DNA of 64,000 nucleotides, taken from positions 97,190 to 161,189 of the forward strand of contig CAMDSC010000001.1 in assembly GCA_945907065.1 (NCBI GenBank), given 5' to 3'. Both the position numbers and the translations under genes were made by a program. The first letter of the stretch is position 1, and each line of letters opens with the position of its first letter. The stretch is from Chitinophaga pinensis. Lineage in GTDB: Bacteria > Bacteroidota > Bacteroidia > NS11-12g > UBA9320. Of the stretch, positions 45,803 through 55,620 are shown piece by piece. The notes beneath the pieces are model-generated. The model saw only the letters and a list, made by a program, of their open reading frames with translations. It did not search any database and was not told where the DNA came from.

Positions 45803-46942
45803 TTATTTTGAGGAAACGCTTAATCCTTTTGAACTGTAACGTCTTCCTTTCCAAACGGATTGGATTGGCAAAAAATAGAAGAGCGAAGTAATAAGGGTCA
45901 TAAAAATTAAATACAATTCGTACCCAATATAAAACGTACTGATATCTTTAAATTTTAATTTTGCTTTTGATACCAGAACCACTATATATAAGGATTGTAA
46001 AGCAAATTTTAAAGTCCATAATTTTAAAGCTAATACTATGTTGAAATACCCAAATACAAGTAATGCCGGAATAAATAATCCATAAATGACCAACAATAGT
46101 TTCCAGTTTAAAGGTAATTCATTAGCACCCATCAGCCAGCGTTTTCGTTGGTGCATTATTTCTTTAAAAGATGAAACATAAGTTGCTAATCCTAATGTTT
46201 CAGGAGTTAAAAGATTGCGCCATTTCCATCCTCGTGAAGTTACTTCCTTAAATAATTTATAATCTTCTGTAATCGAGAAATCAATATTTTCATAACCACC
46301 GGTTTTCCAATATGCCTCAGCCCTAACCGCCATATTATTTCCAACGGAAGTACACGAAACTCCAACATTGGCAAAGGATTTAATATATCCCATAAAATGG
46401 AGCCAATCCACACTTTGAAGATTGGCAGCCCAGCTACCACCTTGGCAAGTTGTAGTTCCCGATGCAATACCCACTTCGGGAGTAAAGCTACTTAAAAGTG
46501 ATTTTATCCAACCTTTTGGAACGGCCACATCGCTATCGGTTATAAAATAAAATTCTCCGCTGGCTTTATGAGCTAAATGTCCCAAGACATTTGCTTTTCC
46601 CAAAGCTTTTCCCAGATTAGTTTCAATATCAAAAAGTTTAAAATTGGGTTTGTCGATTATGAATTTTTCAACCCGTTGTTTTGTGGAATCTTCAGAGGCA
46701 TCATTCCCTATCAAAATTTCAAGCTTTTCTAAAGGATAATCCAGTTGCGAAAATGCTTGGAGGCATCTTTCAATAGTTTTGGCTTCATTTCGCGCAGCCA
46801 ATAAAATGGAAACTTTAGGCCACTCTTCAAATTTTTGTATTGGTTTTTTGTTGGGTAAAAATTGAGCGATTAAACTAAAAATTTGAATGCTAAAAAAAAT
46901 GCCAACTATTCCCCAACATAGTATTTGAAGAATTAATCCCAT
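45803..46942 (-). CDS. Processive family-2 glycosyltransferase (membrane-embedded, Q-R-x-R-W type)
   Basis: 379 aa with the GT-A core LLAARNEA, GNDASED and TDSDV. It has an HQRKRW motif and flanking TM helices. Confidence 0.8.
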   Translation of the reverse strand: MGLILQILCWGIVGIFFSIQIFSLIAQFLPNKKPIQKFEEWPKVSILLAARNEAKTIERCLQAFSQLDYPLEKLEILIGNDASEDSTKQRVEKFIIDKPNFKLFDIETNLGKALGKANVLGHLAHKASGEFYFITDSDVAVPKGWIKSLLSSFTPEVGIASGTTTCQGGSWAANLQSVDWLHFMGYIKSFANVGVSCTSVGNNMAVRAEAYWKTGGYENIDFSITEDYKLFKEVTSRGWKWRNLLTPETLGLATYVSSFKEIMHQRKRWLMGANELPLNWKLLLVIYGLFIPALLVFGYFNIVLALKLWTLKFALQSLYIVVLVSKAKLKFKDISTFYIGYELYLIFMTLITSLFYFLPIQSVWKGRRYSSKGLSVSSK

Positions 46943-46945
46943 GTT

Positions 46946-47554
46946 TTAAATTAACAAACTTTTAAAATTGTTTTCACTCAAAAACTGAAGGTATTTTGGT
47001 AATAAAAATTCAAGATTTTTTTTAGCTTTAGCACTGTCATGAAACACAATGATGTCACCCTTCTGCGTTAGTTTGGTCAATTGCCCTAATTTCATTGTTA
47101 CATCCAGTTTTGGGTTCCAATCCTCGGCCAGTAAACTCCACATAATAATTTCGTATTGTTTTTTTAAATGACTTACCTGTGATGATTTTAAATGGCCGTG
47201 TGGCGGTCTGAAAAGTTTGCTATCCACCAATTCGGCACATTTTTCCGTATTTTTAAAATAGGTTTTATTGTCGGTTTGAAATCCTCTTAGATGATTAAAC
47301 GTGTGATTCCCGGTTTTGTGGCCACGTTCTAATATTTCCTTATAGGTTTCAGGATATTTCCTCACATTATCACCTATGCAAAAAAAGGTTGCTTTAAACC
47401 CAAATTTGTCCAACTCATCCATTACGTATTTTGTAATTTCGGGATGCGGGCCATCATCAAATGTAAGGTAAACTAAATTATCCGCAACCTGTTTATCCCA
47501 AGTTAACGATGGGTATAGCCATTTTAATAGTTGAGGGGTTCGGGTTGGGAGCAA
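46946..47554 (-). CDS. Polysaccharide deacetylase (NodB homology domain, CE4)
   Basis: 202 aa. Shows LTFDDGP, GNHTFNH and LFRPPHG motifs. Confidence 0.85.
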   Translation of the reverse strand: MLPTRTPQLLKWLYPSLTWDKQVADNLVYLTFDDGPHPEITKYVMDELDKFGFKATFFCIGDNVRKYPETYKEILERGHKTGNHTFNHLRGFQTDNKTYFKNTEKCAELVDSKLFRPPHGHLKSSQVSHLKKQYEIIMWSLLAEDWNPKLDVTMKLGQLTKLTQKGDIIVFHDSAKAKKNLEFLLPKYLQFLSENNFKSLLI

Positions 47555-47577
47555 GGTAAGTACGCTATTTTAGCAAA

Positions 47578-47631
47578 GAGGCACCGAGAACATAGAGTTT
47601 TATTAAGATTCTCTTTTTTTCTCGGTGCCTC
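47578..47631 (-). terminator. Long hairpin 3' of recA (probable terminator or RNA-stability element)
   Basis: A perfect 13-bp stem GAGGCACCGAGAA / TTCTCGGTGCCTC with a 28-nt loop lies 22 nt beyond the recA stop. Only a weak U tail follows on the minus strand. Confidence 0.5.
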
Positions 47632-47652
47632 AGTGTTAATGTTATTTTAAAG

Positions 47653-48678
47653 TTATGCCGATGGAGCAGGAGCTGCAACAGTTGGTTTTACTTTTTCTCT
47701 GATTTTAGCTTCTATTTCATCAGCCATTTCAGGGTTATCAAGTAAAAGTTGTTTCACCGCATCACGGCCTTGACCAAGTTTGGTGCCGTTGTAACTGTAC
47801 CATGAACCACTTTTTTGAACAATTTCTAGGTCAACTCCGATATCCACTATTTCACCAACTTTAGAAATTCCTTCACCAAACATAATATCAAACTCAACCA
47901 TACGGAACGGTGGAGCAACTTTATTTTTTGCAACTTTCACTTTCACACGGTTCCCTGTGGCATCCAAACCTTCCTTAATTTGGTTCATCCGGCGAATATC
48001 CAAACGAACAGATGCATAAAATTTTAAAGCATTACCACCGGTGGTGGTTTCAGGATTACCGAACATAACTCCAATTTTTTCACGCAATTGGTTAATAAAA
48101 ATACAAATGCAGCCTGTTTTATTGATAGTTCCGGTAAGCTTGCGCAATGCTTGACTCATTAATCGGGCTTGCAATCCCATTTTACTATCACCCATATCTC
48201 CTTCAATTTCAGCTTTAGGAACCAAAGCAGCTACGGAGTCGATTACGATAACATCAATAGCCCCTGAACGGATTAAATTATCCGCTATTTCTAAAGCTTG
48301 TTCCCCGTCATCCGGTTGTGAAATAAGCATTTCAGCGGTGTTAATACCTATTTTTTCTGCATATGATTTATCAAAAGCATGTTCCGCATCAATAAATGCT
48401 GCGATGCCTCCTTTTTTCTGGGCTTCGGCTATGCAATGCATGGCCAAAGTGGTTTTACCACTACTCTCAGGGCCGTATATTTCAATAACCCTTCCTTTTG
48501 GAAAACCGCCAACACCCAGTGCCATATCTAACCCCAGTGAACCGGTGGATATAACTTCCATAGCACCAATACTGGCATCGTCCATTTTCATAACAATGCC
48601 TTTGCCATAGCTTTTCTCTAGTTTATCAATGGTTAATTTTAATACTTTTAATTTTTCTAATTGTTCATTTTGGCTCAT
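47653..48678 (-). CDS. recA: Recombinase RecA
   Basis: 341 aa. Shows [11 protein letters not shown] (Walker A), [19 protein letters not shown] and [10 protein letters not shown]. Confidence 0.97.
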   Translation of the reverse strand: MSQNEQLEKLKVLKLTIDKLEKSYGKGIVMKMDDASIGAMEVISTGSLGLDMALGVGGFPKGRVIEIYGPESSGKTTLAMHCIAEAQKKGGIAAFIDAEHAFDKSYAEKIGINTAEMLISQPDDGEQALEIADNLIRSGAIDVIVIDSVAALVPKAEIEGDMGDSKMGLQARLMSQALRKLTGTINKTGCICIFINQLREKIGVMFGNPETTTGGNALKFYASVRLDIRRMNQIKEGLDATGNRVKVKVAKNKVAPPFRMVEFDIMFGEGISKVGEIVDIGVDLEIVQKSGSWYSYNGTKLGQGRDAVKQLLLDNPEMADEIEAKIREKVKPTVAAPAPSA

Positions 48679-48759
48679 GCTTCAAAAATAATAATTAGCT
48701 ATTTAACGTAATTTATTATTTGCAGTTTAATATCCACAATTTGCACTCCCTACTTATTT

Positions 48760-50673
48760 TTGCAGGGCTTGAAAATCAATTCGTCTTTTGTAAATACTCC
48801 GGCAATACTTTTATTGCGAAGATTGGCTTGGGCTTTACTAATTCTAATGGTCGCCAGAATCACCTTTTGGTTTTTTAATGCCAATCAATTTGTATTCCCC
48901 GGATTTTTTAAAGCTTTTGAAATCCTGTTTTGGGGAGCTTATTTTGATGTAATCACACTTTTTTATTGCTTCTCGCCATTTATTCTCATCCATATAATTC
49001 CGGGAAAGTGGTTTTATAACCCTAAAATTCAAGCTGGATTAAAGTTCTTTTTCATTGGTATTATTTTTATACTTTTCACACTGACATGCATTGATGCTGG
49101 CTATTTTCCTTTTTCAAAATCTAGGTTAAATATTACTTTATTTAAAATGGCCGGTGAAGAGGAAATTAGTATTCTTCAGTATATTTTAGATTATTGGTGG
49201 TTTGTTCCTGTAATTCTGGTAATGGTTTATTTAGCCTGGAGATTCTACCCATTAGCTAAATCCCAAACGCAGCTAAAGTGGTATTTTCAAATACCTTTAA
49301 ATATTTTAGTTTTAGGCTTTTTAGTTCTCACCATTCGTGGTGGATTTCGGTTAAAACCTTTGCGAAGTATTGATACCGCTTTATTTGTGCCAGCTTCACA
49401 TTCGCAATTATCCATAAGTACTGGGTTTAATATCTTAGAATCTTTTACAGGTGAAACCATTGAAATACCCAAGTATTTTACTAAAAATGAATTTAATAGA
49501 ATACTTAGAAATGATTATCGCTACCCATCGCAAACTTATGTGAAAAAGAAAAATATCGTTATTGTTATCCTCGAAAGTTTTGGCAAAGAATACACATTTC
49601 CTGAAACAGATAAAGCTATTTCATATTCTCCTTTTTTGCAAAAATTGGCAAAATATTCTACTTTTTATAACAGGGCTTATAGTAATGGAACCCGAAGTGT
49701 TGACGCTATTCCTGCTATTTTGGAAGGAGTTCCCAAACTTACAAAATCAGATTTTATGTATAGCAATTACATTCATAATATCACCCCAGGTTTTCCTTTT
49801 TATTTAAAAAAAGAAGGTTACGAATGTGCTTTTTACCACGGAGGAAAAAATGGCACTTTGGGGTTTGAAGCTTTCTTGAAATCACGGGGCTGGAACTACT
49901 ATGGGAAGGACCAATATCAAGGAAAATCTGCTGATTTTGACGGGCAATGGGGAATTTATGATGGTCCTTATTTGCAATATGTAGCAAAACAACTGAACCA
50001 AACGAAACAACCATTTGTGGCTTCAGTGTTTACACTTAACAGTCACCATCCTTACACTTTGCCAAAAGAGTACAAAGACAGTTTTAATAATATTAAAAAA
50101 CCCATACATCAAACCATACGCTATACCGACCAATGCTTAAAAGCTTTTTTTGAATCTATCAAAGATGAACCATGGTTTAACGAAACGATATTTATAATAA
50201 CTGCTGATCACAGCAGTGAAAATTTTACGAAGCGTTATCAAAGTAAAGATGGGCGGTATGAAGTTCCACTTATAGTGTTTGAACCGGAAAAGGTTTCACC
50301 AACGTGGAGTAAAATTTTGAACAAGGATACAATAGATTATGCTAAACCCTATGTGCGATATAATGAGGTTTCGCAAAAAATTATACAGCATATTGACATC
50401 ATTCCATTGGCATTGGAAAGGGCAGGATATAAAGGTAAGATATTTACTTTGGGAAGTTATTTTGAACCCGATCAAAATGAATATGCTTTTCAAAATGAAG
50501 AAGGAAATTATCAGTTAATTTACGGAAAGGGAATTTTGATTTTTGACGGTATAAGATTCAAGATTGTTTCTAAAAATTTTAATGAAGAAAATCCACAATT
50601 TGTTCCTGAAACGCTGCTGAAAGGTAAGATACAGGATTATAATTATAGGATGATTAATAATAAATTTTTTTAA
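48760..50673 (+). CDS. LTA-synthase-family sulfatase-fold membrane protein, second paralogue
   Basis: 637 aa with an N-terminal TM bundle and a sulfatase domain (IVIVILESFG, NGTRSVDA, NSHHPY, ADHSS). The TTG start sits inside a TATTTTTG box, so the true start is uncertain. Confidence 0.8.
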   Translation: MQGLKINSSFVNTPAILLLRRLAWALLILMVARITFWFFNANQFVFPGFFKAFEILFWGAYFDVITLFYCFSPFILIHIIPGKWFYNPKIQAGLKFFFIGIIFILFTLTCIDAGYFPFSKSRLNITLFKMAGEEEISILQYILDYWWFVPVILVMVYLAWRFYPLAKSQTQLKWYFQIPLNILVLGFLVLTIRGGFRLKPLRSIDTALFVPASHSQLSISTGFNILESFTGETIEIPKYFTKNEFNRILRNDYRYPSQTYVKKKNIVIVILESFGKEYTFPETDKAISYSPFLQKLAKYSTFYNRAYSNGTRSVDAIPAILEGVPKLTKSDFMYSNYIHNITPGFPFYLKKEGYECAFYHGGKNGTLGFEAFLKSRGWNYYGKDQYQGKSADFDGQWGIYDGPYLQYVAKQLNQTKQPFVASVFTLNSHHPYTLPKEYKDSFNNIKKPIHQTIRYTDQCLKAFFESIKDEPWFNETIFIITADHSSENFTKRYQSKDGRYEVPLIVFEPEKVSPTWSKILNKDTIDYAKPYVRYNEVSQKIIQHIDIIPLALERAGYKGKIFTLGSYFEPDQNEYAFQNEEGNYQLIYGKGILIFDGIRFKIVSKNFNEENPQFVPETLLKGKIQDYNYRMINNKFF

Positions 50674-50720
50674 AACCATTACCTAAGTTTTAAACCGTGG
50701 GCTATAAACACATTACTTAA

Positions 50721-51227
50721 TTGATCAATTTAACAAAAAAAATAAAAATAGGCCAGCGGGTTTTCTTAGCCCCAAATGCTACAGCTATTGGAAAAGCTAC
50801 TCTAGGTGACGATGTCTCCGTTTGGTTTGGGGCAGTGATAAGAGCTGATAATGATAAGATAACTATTGGTAATAGAACCAATATTCAGGATAATACAGTG
50901 CTGCATGTGGATGAAGGTTTTCCGGTTATTATTGGTCATGATTGTATTGTTGGTCATTTGGCAATAGTTCATGGAGCTACTTTAGGAAACTATGTGATGG
51001 TAGGAATGCACAGCACCATTATGAATGGAGCCGAAATTGGAGATTTTTGTATCATCGGGGCTAATTCTTTAATAACTGCAGGTGCCAAAATTCCGCCGTA
51101 TTCATTGGTAATGGGAGCACCGGCTAAGGTGATAAAACAATTGAACGAAGAGCAAATAGAGGCTATAAAACAAAATGCAGAACGCTATGTGAAATTGAAA
51201 GATGAGTATCTATTATCCTTGCTTTAA
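50721..51227 (+). CDS. Gamma-class carbonic anhydrase-like / hexapeptide-repeat protein
   Basis: 168 aa from a TTG start with left-handed beta-helix repeats. VWFGAVIRADNDKITIG and VLHVDEG carry the His ligands. Confidence 0.8.
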   Translation: MINLTKKIKIGQRVFLAPNATAIGKATLGDDVSVWFGAVIRADNDKITIGNRTNIQDNTVLHVDEGFPVIIGHDCIVGHLAIVHGATLGNYVMVGMHSTIMNGAEIGDFCIIGANSLITAGAKIPPYSLVMGAPAKVIKQLNEEQIEAIKQNAERYVKLKDEYLLSLL

Positions 51228-51271
51228 AGCAACGGCAATAGATGAATAGATGTATTTTTGCACTAAATATC

Positions 51272-52093
51272 ATGACAAAACAAGAAACCCTTAATAAAAT
51301 TTTAAACCCACAAGAAAATAAAAACACATTTTTTATTTTGGCCGGGCCATGTGCTATAGAAGGCGAACAAATGGCGATGGATATTGCCGGGAGGATTTTG
51401 GAAATTACTACCAAACTTGGAATTCCTTACGTTTTTAAAGGTTCATATCGCAAAGCCAATAGAACAAGTCTCACTTCGTTTACAGGAATTGGAGACGAAA
51501 AAGCTTTAGAAATTTTGGCCAAAGTAGGAGCTACCTATAATATTCCTACTGTTACCGATATTCATGAAAGTCACGAAGCAGCAATGGCAGCAAAGTATGT
51601 GGATGTTTTGCAAATTCCAGCATTTCTTTTCAGACAAACGGATTTGTTGGTTGCGGCTGCCAAAACAGGCAAAGTAATAAATATTAAAAAAGGCCAGTTT
51701 GCAGCAGCATCAGCCATGAAATTTGCGATGCAAAAAGTTTTGGATAGTGGAAATAATCAAGTGATTTTAACCGACCGTGGCAATATGTTTGGCTACGGCG
51801 ATTTGATAGTAGACTACAGAAATATCCCTGAAATGCAGGCCATGAGAGTACCTGTGGTGATGGATATAACCCACAGTTTGCAGCAACCTAATCAGGGCAG
51901 TGGTGTAACGGGCGGTAAACCCGAATTAATTGAAACGATAGCCAAAGCCGCTATTGCTGTAGGGGCAGACGGACTTTTTGTAGAAACGCATCCAGATCCT
52001 TCTGAAGCCAAAAGTGATGGAGCCAATATGTTGAAATTAGATTTGCTGGAACCTTTACTGGAAAAGTTGCTGAGGATTAAGCAAGTGATTTAA
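51272..52093 (+). CDS. kdsA: 3-deoxy-8-phosphooctulonate synthase
   Basis: ATG 51272 gives MTKQETLNKIL...FFILAGPCAIE. Also shows FKGSYRKANRTS, LQIPAFLFRQTDL and VMDITHSLQ. Confidence 0.9.
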   Translation: MTKQETLNKILNPQENKNTFFILAGPCAIEGEQMAMDIAGRILEITTKLGIPYVFKGSYRKANRTSLTSFTGIGDEKALEILAKVGATYNIPTVTDIHESHEAAMAAKYVDVLQIPAFLFRQTDLLVAAAKTGKVINIKKGQFAAASAMKFAMQKVLDSGNNQVILTDRGNMFGYGDLIVDYRNIPEMQAMRVPVVMDITHSLQQPNQGSGVTGGKPELIETIAKAAIAVGADGLFVETHPDPSEAKSDGANMLKLDLLEPLLEKLLRIKQVI

Positions 52094-52102
52094 AAATAGA
52101 AA

Positions 52103-52837
52103 ATGAAATATAAAATTTTAAGCTTTCTGATTTTAAGTTTTATTTTTCAAATAAAAGTTTATGGACAAGCCAAGCATGGATCGAAAGGCGAAGAAGGAAT
52201 GCCGCCAAATGGTTATGAAAAAATGAGTATAAATGGTATTAAAATTAACAAGAATACACTTGAAAGACTTCAATTCAAAACAAAAAGAAATGCCGAACCA
52301 TTAAAATTTTATCAATGGAAAGATAGTATTATTGATACTACTAATTATGGGTATTGGGATACAATTTCTTATGGTATTGTTTTTAAAAATATTGAAGGAA
52401 TATGGGCACGAGGAATTCAAGATCAATATGCTTCAGGTATAGATGGTGATAGCCTCTATATTTATCTAACCAATTTACGAGTCGATACTCTTAAAAATTC
52501 ACTTTATGATATTGCCATTATTAAGGCTGTAACTCAATTTGATGTTCTTAAAAAAGTAGGTACAAATTCAAAAAATCAAGATATAAGCAATGAACAAATT
52601 TTAAAAAACTTAAAATTGTGGAACGAGGAGAATCACTTTGAAATAATTGCGATTGATAAAAACCGAATTGAAGTTTCTTTGCATAAACCATATTGGCAAA
52701 AGCAATGGGATGTTGAAAAATTCGTAAATCAACTTTATGAATTATGGCCTGAAGTGGTTGATTCATCATATGGTTCAAAGCAAAAGATGGTTGATTATTT
52801 AATATCCCACAAAAATTTTGTTTTAAAATTCGATTAA
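52103..52837 (+). CDS. Secreted hypothetical protein (DUF4253-like C-terminus, tentative)
   Basis: 244 aa with a signal peptide. The C-terminal LYELWPEVVDSSYGSKQKMVDYL...FVLKFD resembles my recollection of the DUF4253 pattern. Confidence 0.4.
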   Translation: MKYKILSFLILSFIFQIKVYGQAKHGSKGEEGMPPNGYEKMSINGIKINKNTLERLQFKTKRNAEPLKFYQWKDSIIDTTNYGYWDTISYGIVFKNIEGIWARGIQDQYASGIDGDSLYIYLTNLRVDTLKNSLYDIAIIKAVTQFDVLKKVGTNSKNQDISNEQILKNLKLWNEENHFEIIAIDKNRIEVSLHKPYWQKQWDVEKFVNQLYELWPEVVDSSYGSKQKMVDYLISHKNFVLKFD

Positions 52838-52957
52838 CATATTAAAGATTAAAATAAAGAATTTTGTTCCATGAAAGCTATGATAGAAAAATGTTTAAAG
52901 AAAAATAAGTTGTTGCTTTAGTGGGATTGATTCAATTGATGGTAAAATAATTAATTA

Positions 52958-53302
52958 CTATCTCTTTTCTAAGATGGAGATATCAATCGCATTTCCGCAA
53001 TTGGCGTTAGATTTTGAATATTTTAATTTTACATATATCGGAAATTCTGAACTATCACTGATACCGGTGTTTGGAGGCATTTGTCCTATATTAAAAAATT
53101 CAGCAGAATATGGTTTTGGGTCGTTACTAAAGGTAATCATTAGCCCTCCGCAGCAAGCACATTTTCTATAATCAACACCCGTTATTATTCCATCAGTTAA
53201 AGTTGAAGTGGTGGTTGGTTTGTCGCAATCGGGCGAATTGCATTTCGTCATAAACAAAACCAGTAGAATATAAATAAACAGACTTGATTTTAAAGTTTTC
53301 AT
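52958..53302 (-). CDS. Small Cys-rich lipoprotein, function unknown
   Basis: 114 aa with MTKC as lipobox. Contains DCDK, a RKCACCGG cluster and NANCG. Confidence 0.5.
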   Translation of the reverse strand: MKTLKSSLFIYILLVLFMTKCNSPDCDKPTTTSTLTDGIITGVDYRKCACCGGLMITFSNDPKPYSAEFFNIGQMPPNTGISDSSEFPIYVKLKYSKSNANCGNAIDISILEKR

Positions 53303-53389
53303 TAGTGTAATTCTTTTAAAGATAAGATGATTTTAATATCAACTTGGTTGCACACCTTAAATGATTTTTTATTTGGATATTGTTCAATT

Positions 53390-53427
53390 TTAATAATTCA
53401 CCATTCACCATTAATAATTAACCATTC
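53390..53427. repeat. Heptad-word array (TAATAAT TCACCAT TCACCAT TAATAAT TAACCAT)
   Basis: Period-7 near-repeats lie about 45 nt upstream of dapD. On the opposite strand it reads AATGGTT AATTATT AATGGTG AATGGTG AATTATT. Confidence 0.6.
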
Positions 53428-53474
53428 TTTGTTGTTTATAGTCTCAAATTGTTGGAAGTTTGCACCATAAATTT

Positions 53475-54290
53475 ATGGAACATTTACAAAAATCTATTGA
53501 GCAAGCTTGGGATAACCGCGAGTTATTAAAGGAAACAGCAGTTCAGGCTGATATTCGTGTAGTAATAGAACTTTTAGATAAAGGAAAACTTCGTGTAGCC
53601 GAGCCAACTTCGGATGGCTGGAAGGTGAACGATTGGGTAAAGAAAGCCGTAATTTTATATTTCCCTATCCAAAAAATGGAAACCTCACATGCCGGCCCAA
53701 TGGAGTTTCATGATAAAATGCCTTTAAAAAATCATTATGCCGAGTTAGGAATTCGTGTGGTTCCTCAAGCTGTGGCCAGACACGGAGCCTATATAGCTTC
53801 GGGCGTTATTTTAATGCCTAGTTATGTAAATATTGGAGCTTATGTGGATAGCGGAACGATGGTGGATACATGGGCTACTGTAGGCAGTTGTGCTCAAATA
53901 GGAAAGCATGTTCACTTAAGTGGTGGGGTAGGAATTGGTGGGGTTTTAGAACCTGTTCAGGCGGCACCAGTAATTATTGAAGATGGTTGTTTTATTGGTT
54001 CAAGATGCATTGTTGTTGAAGGTGTAAGAGTTGGAAAAGAAGCCGTTTTAGGAGCTGGAGTTACTTTGACTTTAAGTACTAAAATTATTGATGTAACAGG
54101 TGCCGAACCAAAAGAATACCGAGGTTATGTACCAGAAAGAAGTGTAGTAATTCCCGGAACTCAAATGAAACAATTTGCAGCCGGTGAATATGGTGTTCCA
54201 TGCGCTTTAATCATAGGGCAGCGCAAAGCTAGTACGGATTTAAAAACTTCGCTAAACGATGCATTACGTGAACATAATGTGGCTGTGTAA
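53475..54290 (+). CDS. dapD: 2,3,4,5-tetrahydropyridine-2,6-dicarboxylate N-succinyltransferase
   Basis: ATG 53475 gives MEHLQKSIEQAWDNRELL. The hexapeptide-repeat C-half runs GAYVDSGTMVDTWATVGSCAQIGKHVHLSGGVGIGGVLEP. Confidence 0.9.
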   Translation: MEHLQKSIEQAWDNRELLKETAVQADIRVVIELLDKGKLRVAEPTSDGWKVNDWVKKAVILYFPIQKMETSHAGPMEFHDKMPLKNHYAELGIRVVPQAVARHGAYIASGVILMPSYVNIGAYVDSGTMVDTWATVGSCAQIGKHVHLSGGVGIGGVLEPVQAAPVIIEDGCFIGSRCIVVEGVRVGKEAVLGAGVTLTLSTKIIDVTGAEPKEYRGYVPERSVVIPGTQMKQFAAGEYGVPCALIIGQRKASTDLKTSLNDALREHNVAV

Positions 54291-54327
54291 TTAATTACGA
54301 ATTAAGAATTAGGAATCAGGGATTTCT
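54291..54327. repeat. Heptad-word array AATTACG AATTAAG AATTAGG AATCAGG
   Basis: It starts directly after the dapD stop. The AATNNNN words lie in the opposite orientation to the array at 53390-53427. Confidence 0.6.
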
Positions 54328-54356
54328 AGACCAATTACTAAATAACTATCTATTCA

Positions 54357-55475
54357 TTGACTTCAAATATAAAAATAGGTTTTGATGCCAAGCGACTTTT
54401 TCTTAACAAGTCAGGACTAGGAAATTATAGCAGATGGTTGGTAAATGGGTTAGCAAAGCAGTTTCCAGAAAATGAATATCATCTTTACACTACTAATGTT
54501 TCTGATGTTCAAAAGGATTTTATAGGAGAAAATATTAAAACACATTTACCACCTAATTTATTTAAAAGTTTTTGGCGAAGTAAAGGAATAAAGAAAGATT
54601 TATTAAAAGATGGGATACAAGTATATCACGGTTTGAGTAATGAGTTACCTATTGGCATTGAAGCCACCCGAATAAAAACTGTGGTTACCATTCATGATTT
54701 AATTTTTAAGGTACATCCTGAATATTACAACCCAATTGACCGGGCTATTTATGACCGAAAGTTTAGAAGTGCTTGCGAACGAACAGACAAAATAGTAGCT
54801 ATTAGTAACCATACCAAAGAGTGTATTATTGAATACTATAAAATTGATGCTGATAAAATTGAAGTCATTTATTTAGATTCATCAGAGCAATTTCATCACC
54901 CTGCTGATAATGAAAAGGTAGAAGATGTGAAACAAAAATTTGGATTAACAAAGCCTTTCTTTTTGAATGTCGGAGCCATTGGTGGAAGAAAAAATCAATT
55001 GAGGCTGGTGGAAGCTTTTGCCTCAATATCAAAGGATGTGGAGCATGATTTAGTATTAGTTGGCAAGCCTGGAAAGGATTCCGAAGCCATAAAATCATTA
55101 ATAACTAAAAATAATCTTTTTGATAGGGTAAAACATCTGTCAGCAGTAAATGATGATGAATTGTTTAATTTATATCACGCCAGCTATGCCACAGTTTATC
55201 CTTCATTATATGAAGGTTTTGGAATTCCGATAATTGAAAGTTATCGCTGTGGTAAACCGGTTCTAACATCAAAAGGAAGTTCATTAGAGGAAGTTGCAGG
55301 CCATTCAGGATTGTTTTGTAATCCTGAAAATATTGAAGAAATGGCTTCTATGCTCATTAAATTGACGGACCAAAATACTTACCAACATTTAAAAGATTCA
55401 ATTTCTAAAGAATTAGATCGTTTTGATCCAAATAAGTCTATAAAAAAGTATATAGATATCTATAGAAATCATTAG
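54357..55475 (+). CDS. Glycosyltransferase family 4
   Basis: 372 aa from a TTG start. Shows YPSLYEGFGIPIIESYRCGKPVLTSKGSSLEEVAG, the GT4 EX7E region. Confidence 0.8.
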   Translation: MTSNIKIGFDAKRLFLNKSGLGNYSRWLVNGLAKQFPENEYHLYTTNVSDVQKDFIGENIKTHLPPNLFKSFWRSKGIKKDLLKDGIQVYHGLSNELPIGIEATRIKTVVTIHDLIFKVHPEYYNPIDRAIYDRKFRSACERTDKIVAISNHTKECIIEYYKIDADKIEVIYLDSSEQFHHPADNEKVEDVKQKFGLTKPFFLNVGAIGGRKNQLRLVEAFASISKDVEHDLVLVGKPGKDSEAIKSLITKNNLFDRVKHLSAVNDDELFNLYHASYATVYPSLYEGFGIPIIESYRCGKPVLTSKGSSLEEVAGHSGLFCNPENIEEMASMLIKLTDQNTYQHLKDSISKELDRFDPNKSIKKYIDIYRNH

Positions 55476-55620
55476 ATTGAATAGCAAGATATTATTTGTA
55501 ATGATTCTAAATAAAATATCTTGTAAAATATTTATTCACGAGCTACTATTAGACACAAAATAGAAATATTTTTGCGCCTTATCATAATATTGCAACTAAT
55601 ATACACAAAACCCTATAAGG

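Noticed and set aside
48755-48762. TATTTTTG (TAnnTTTG-type -7 box) overlapping the TTG start of the second LTA-synthase-like gene. A similar TTACTTTG lies at 36281-36288.
   Set aside because: The only upstream TTTG is 11 nt away, not 19-21 nt, and the 36281 box is one base short of consensus. I cannot decide between promoter and start codon, so it is not reported as a feature. The starts of both genes remain uncertain.
55485-55523. AT-rich hairpin CAAGATATT / AATATCTTG after the GT4 gene, as a terminator
   Set aside because: The 9-bp stem is almost all A-T, the loop is 21 nt and there is no clear U-tract. This is too weak to report as a feature.
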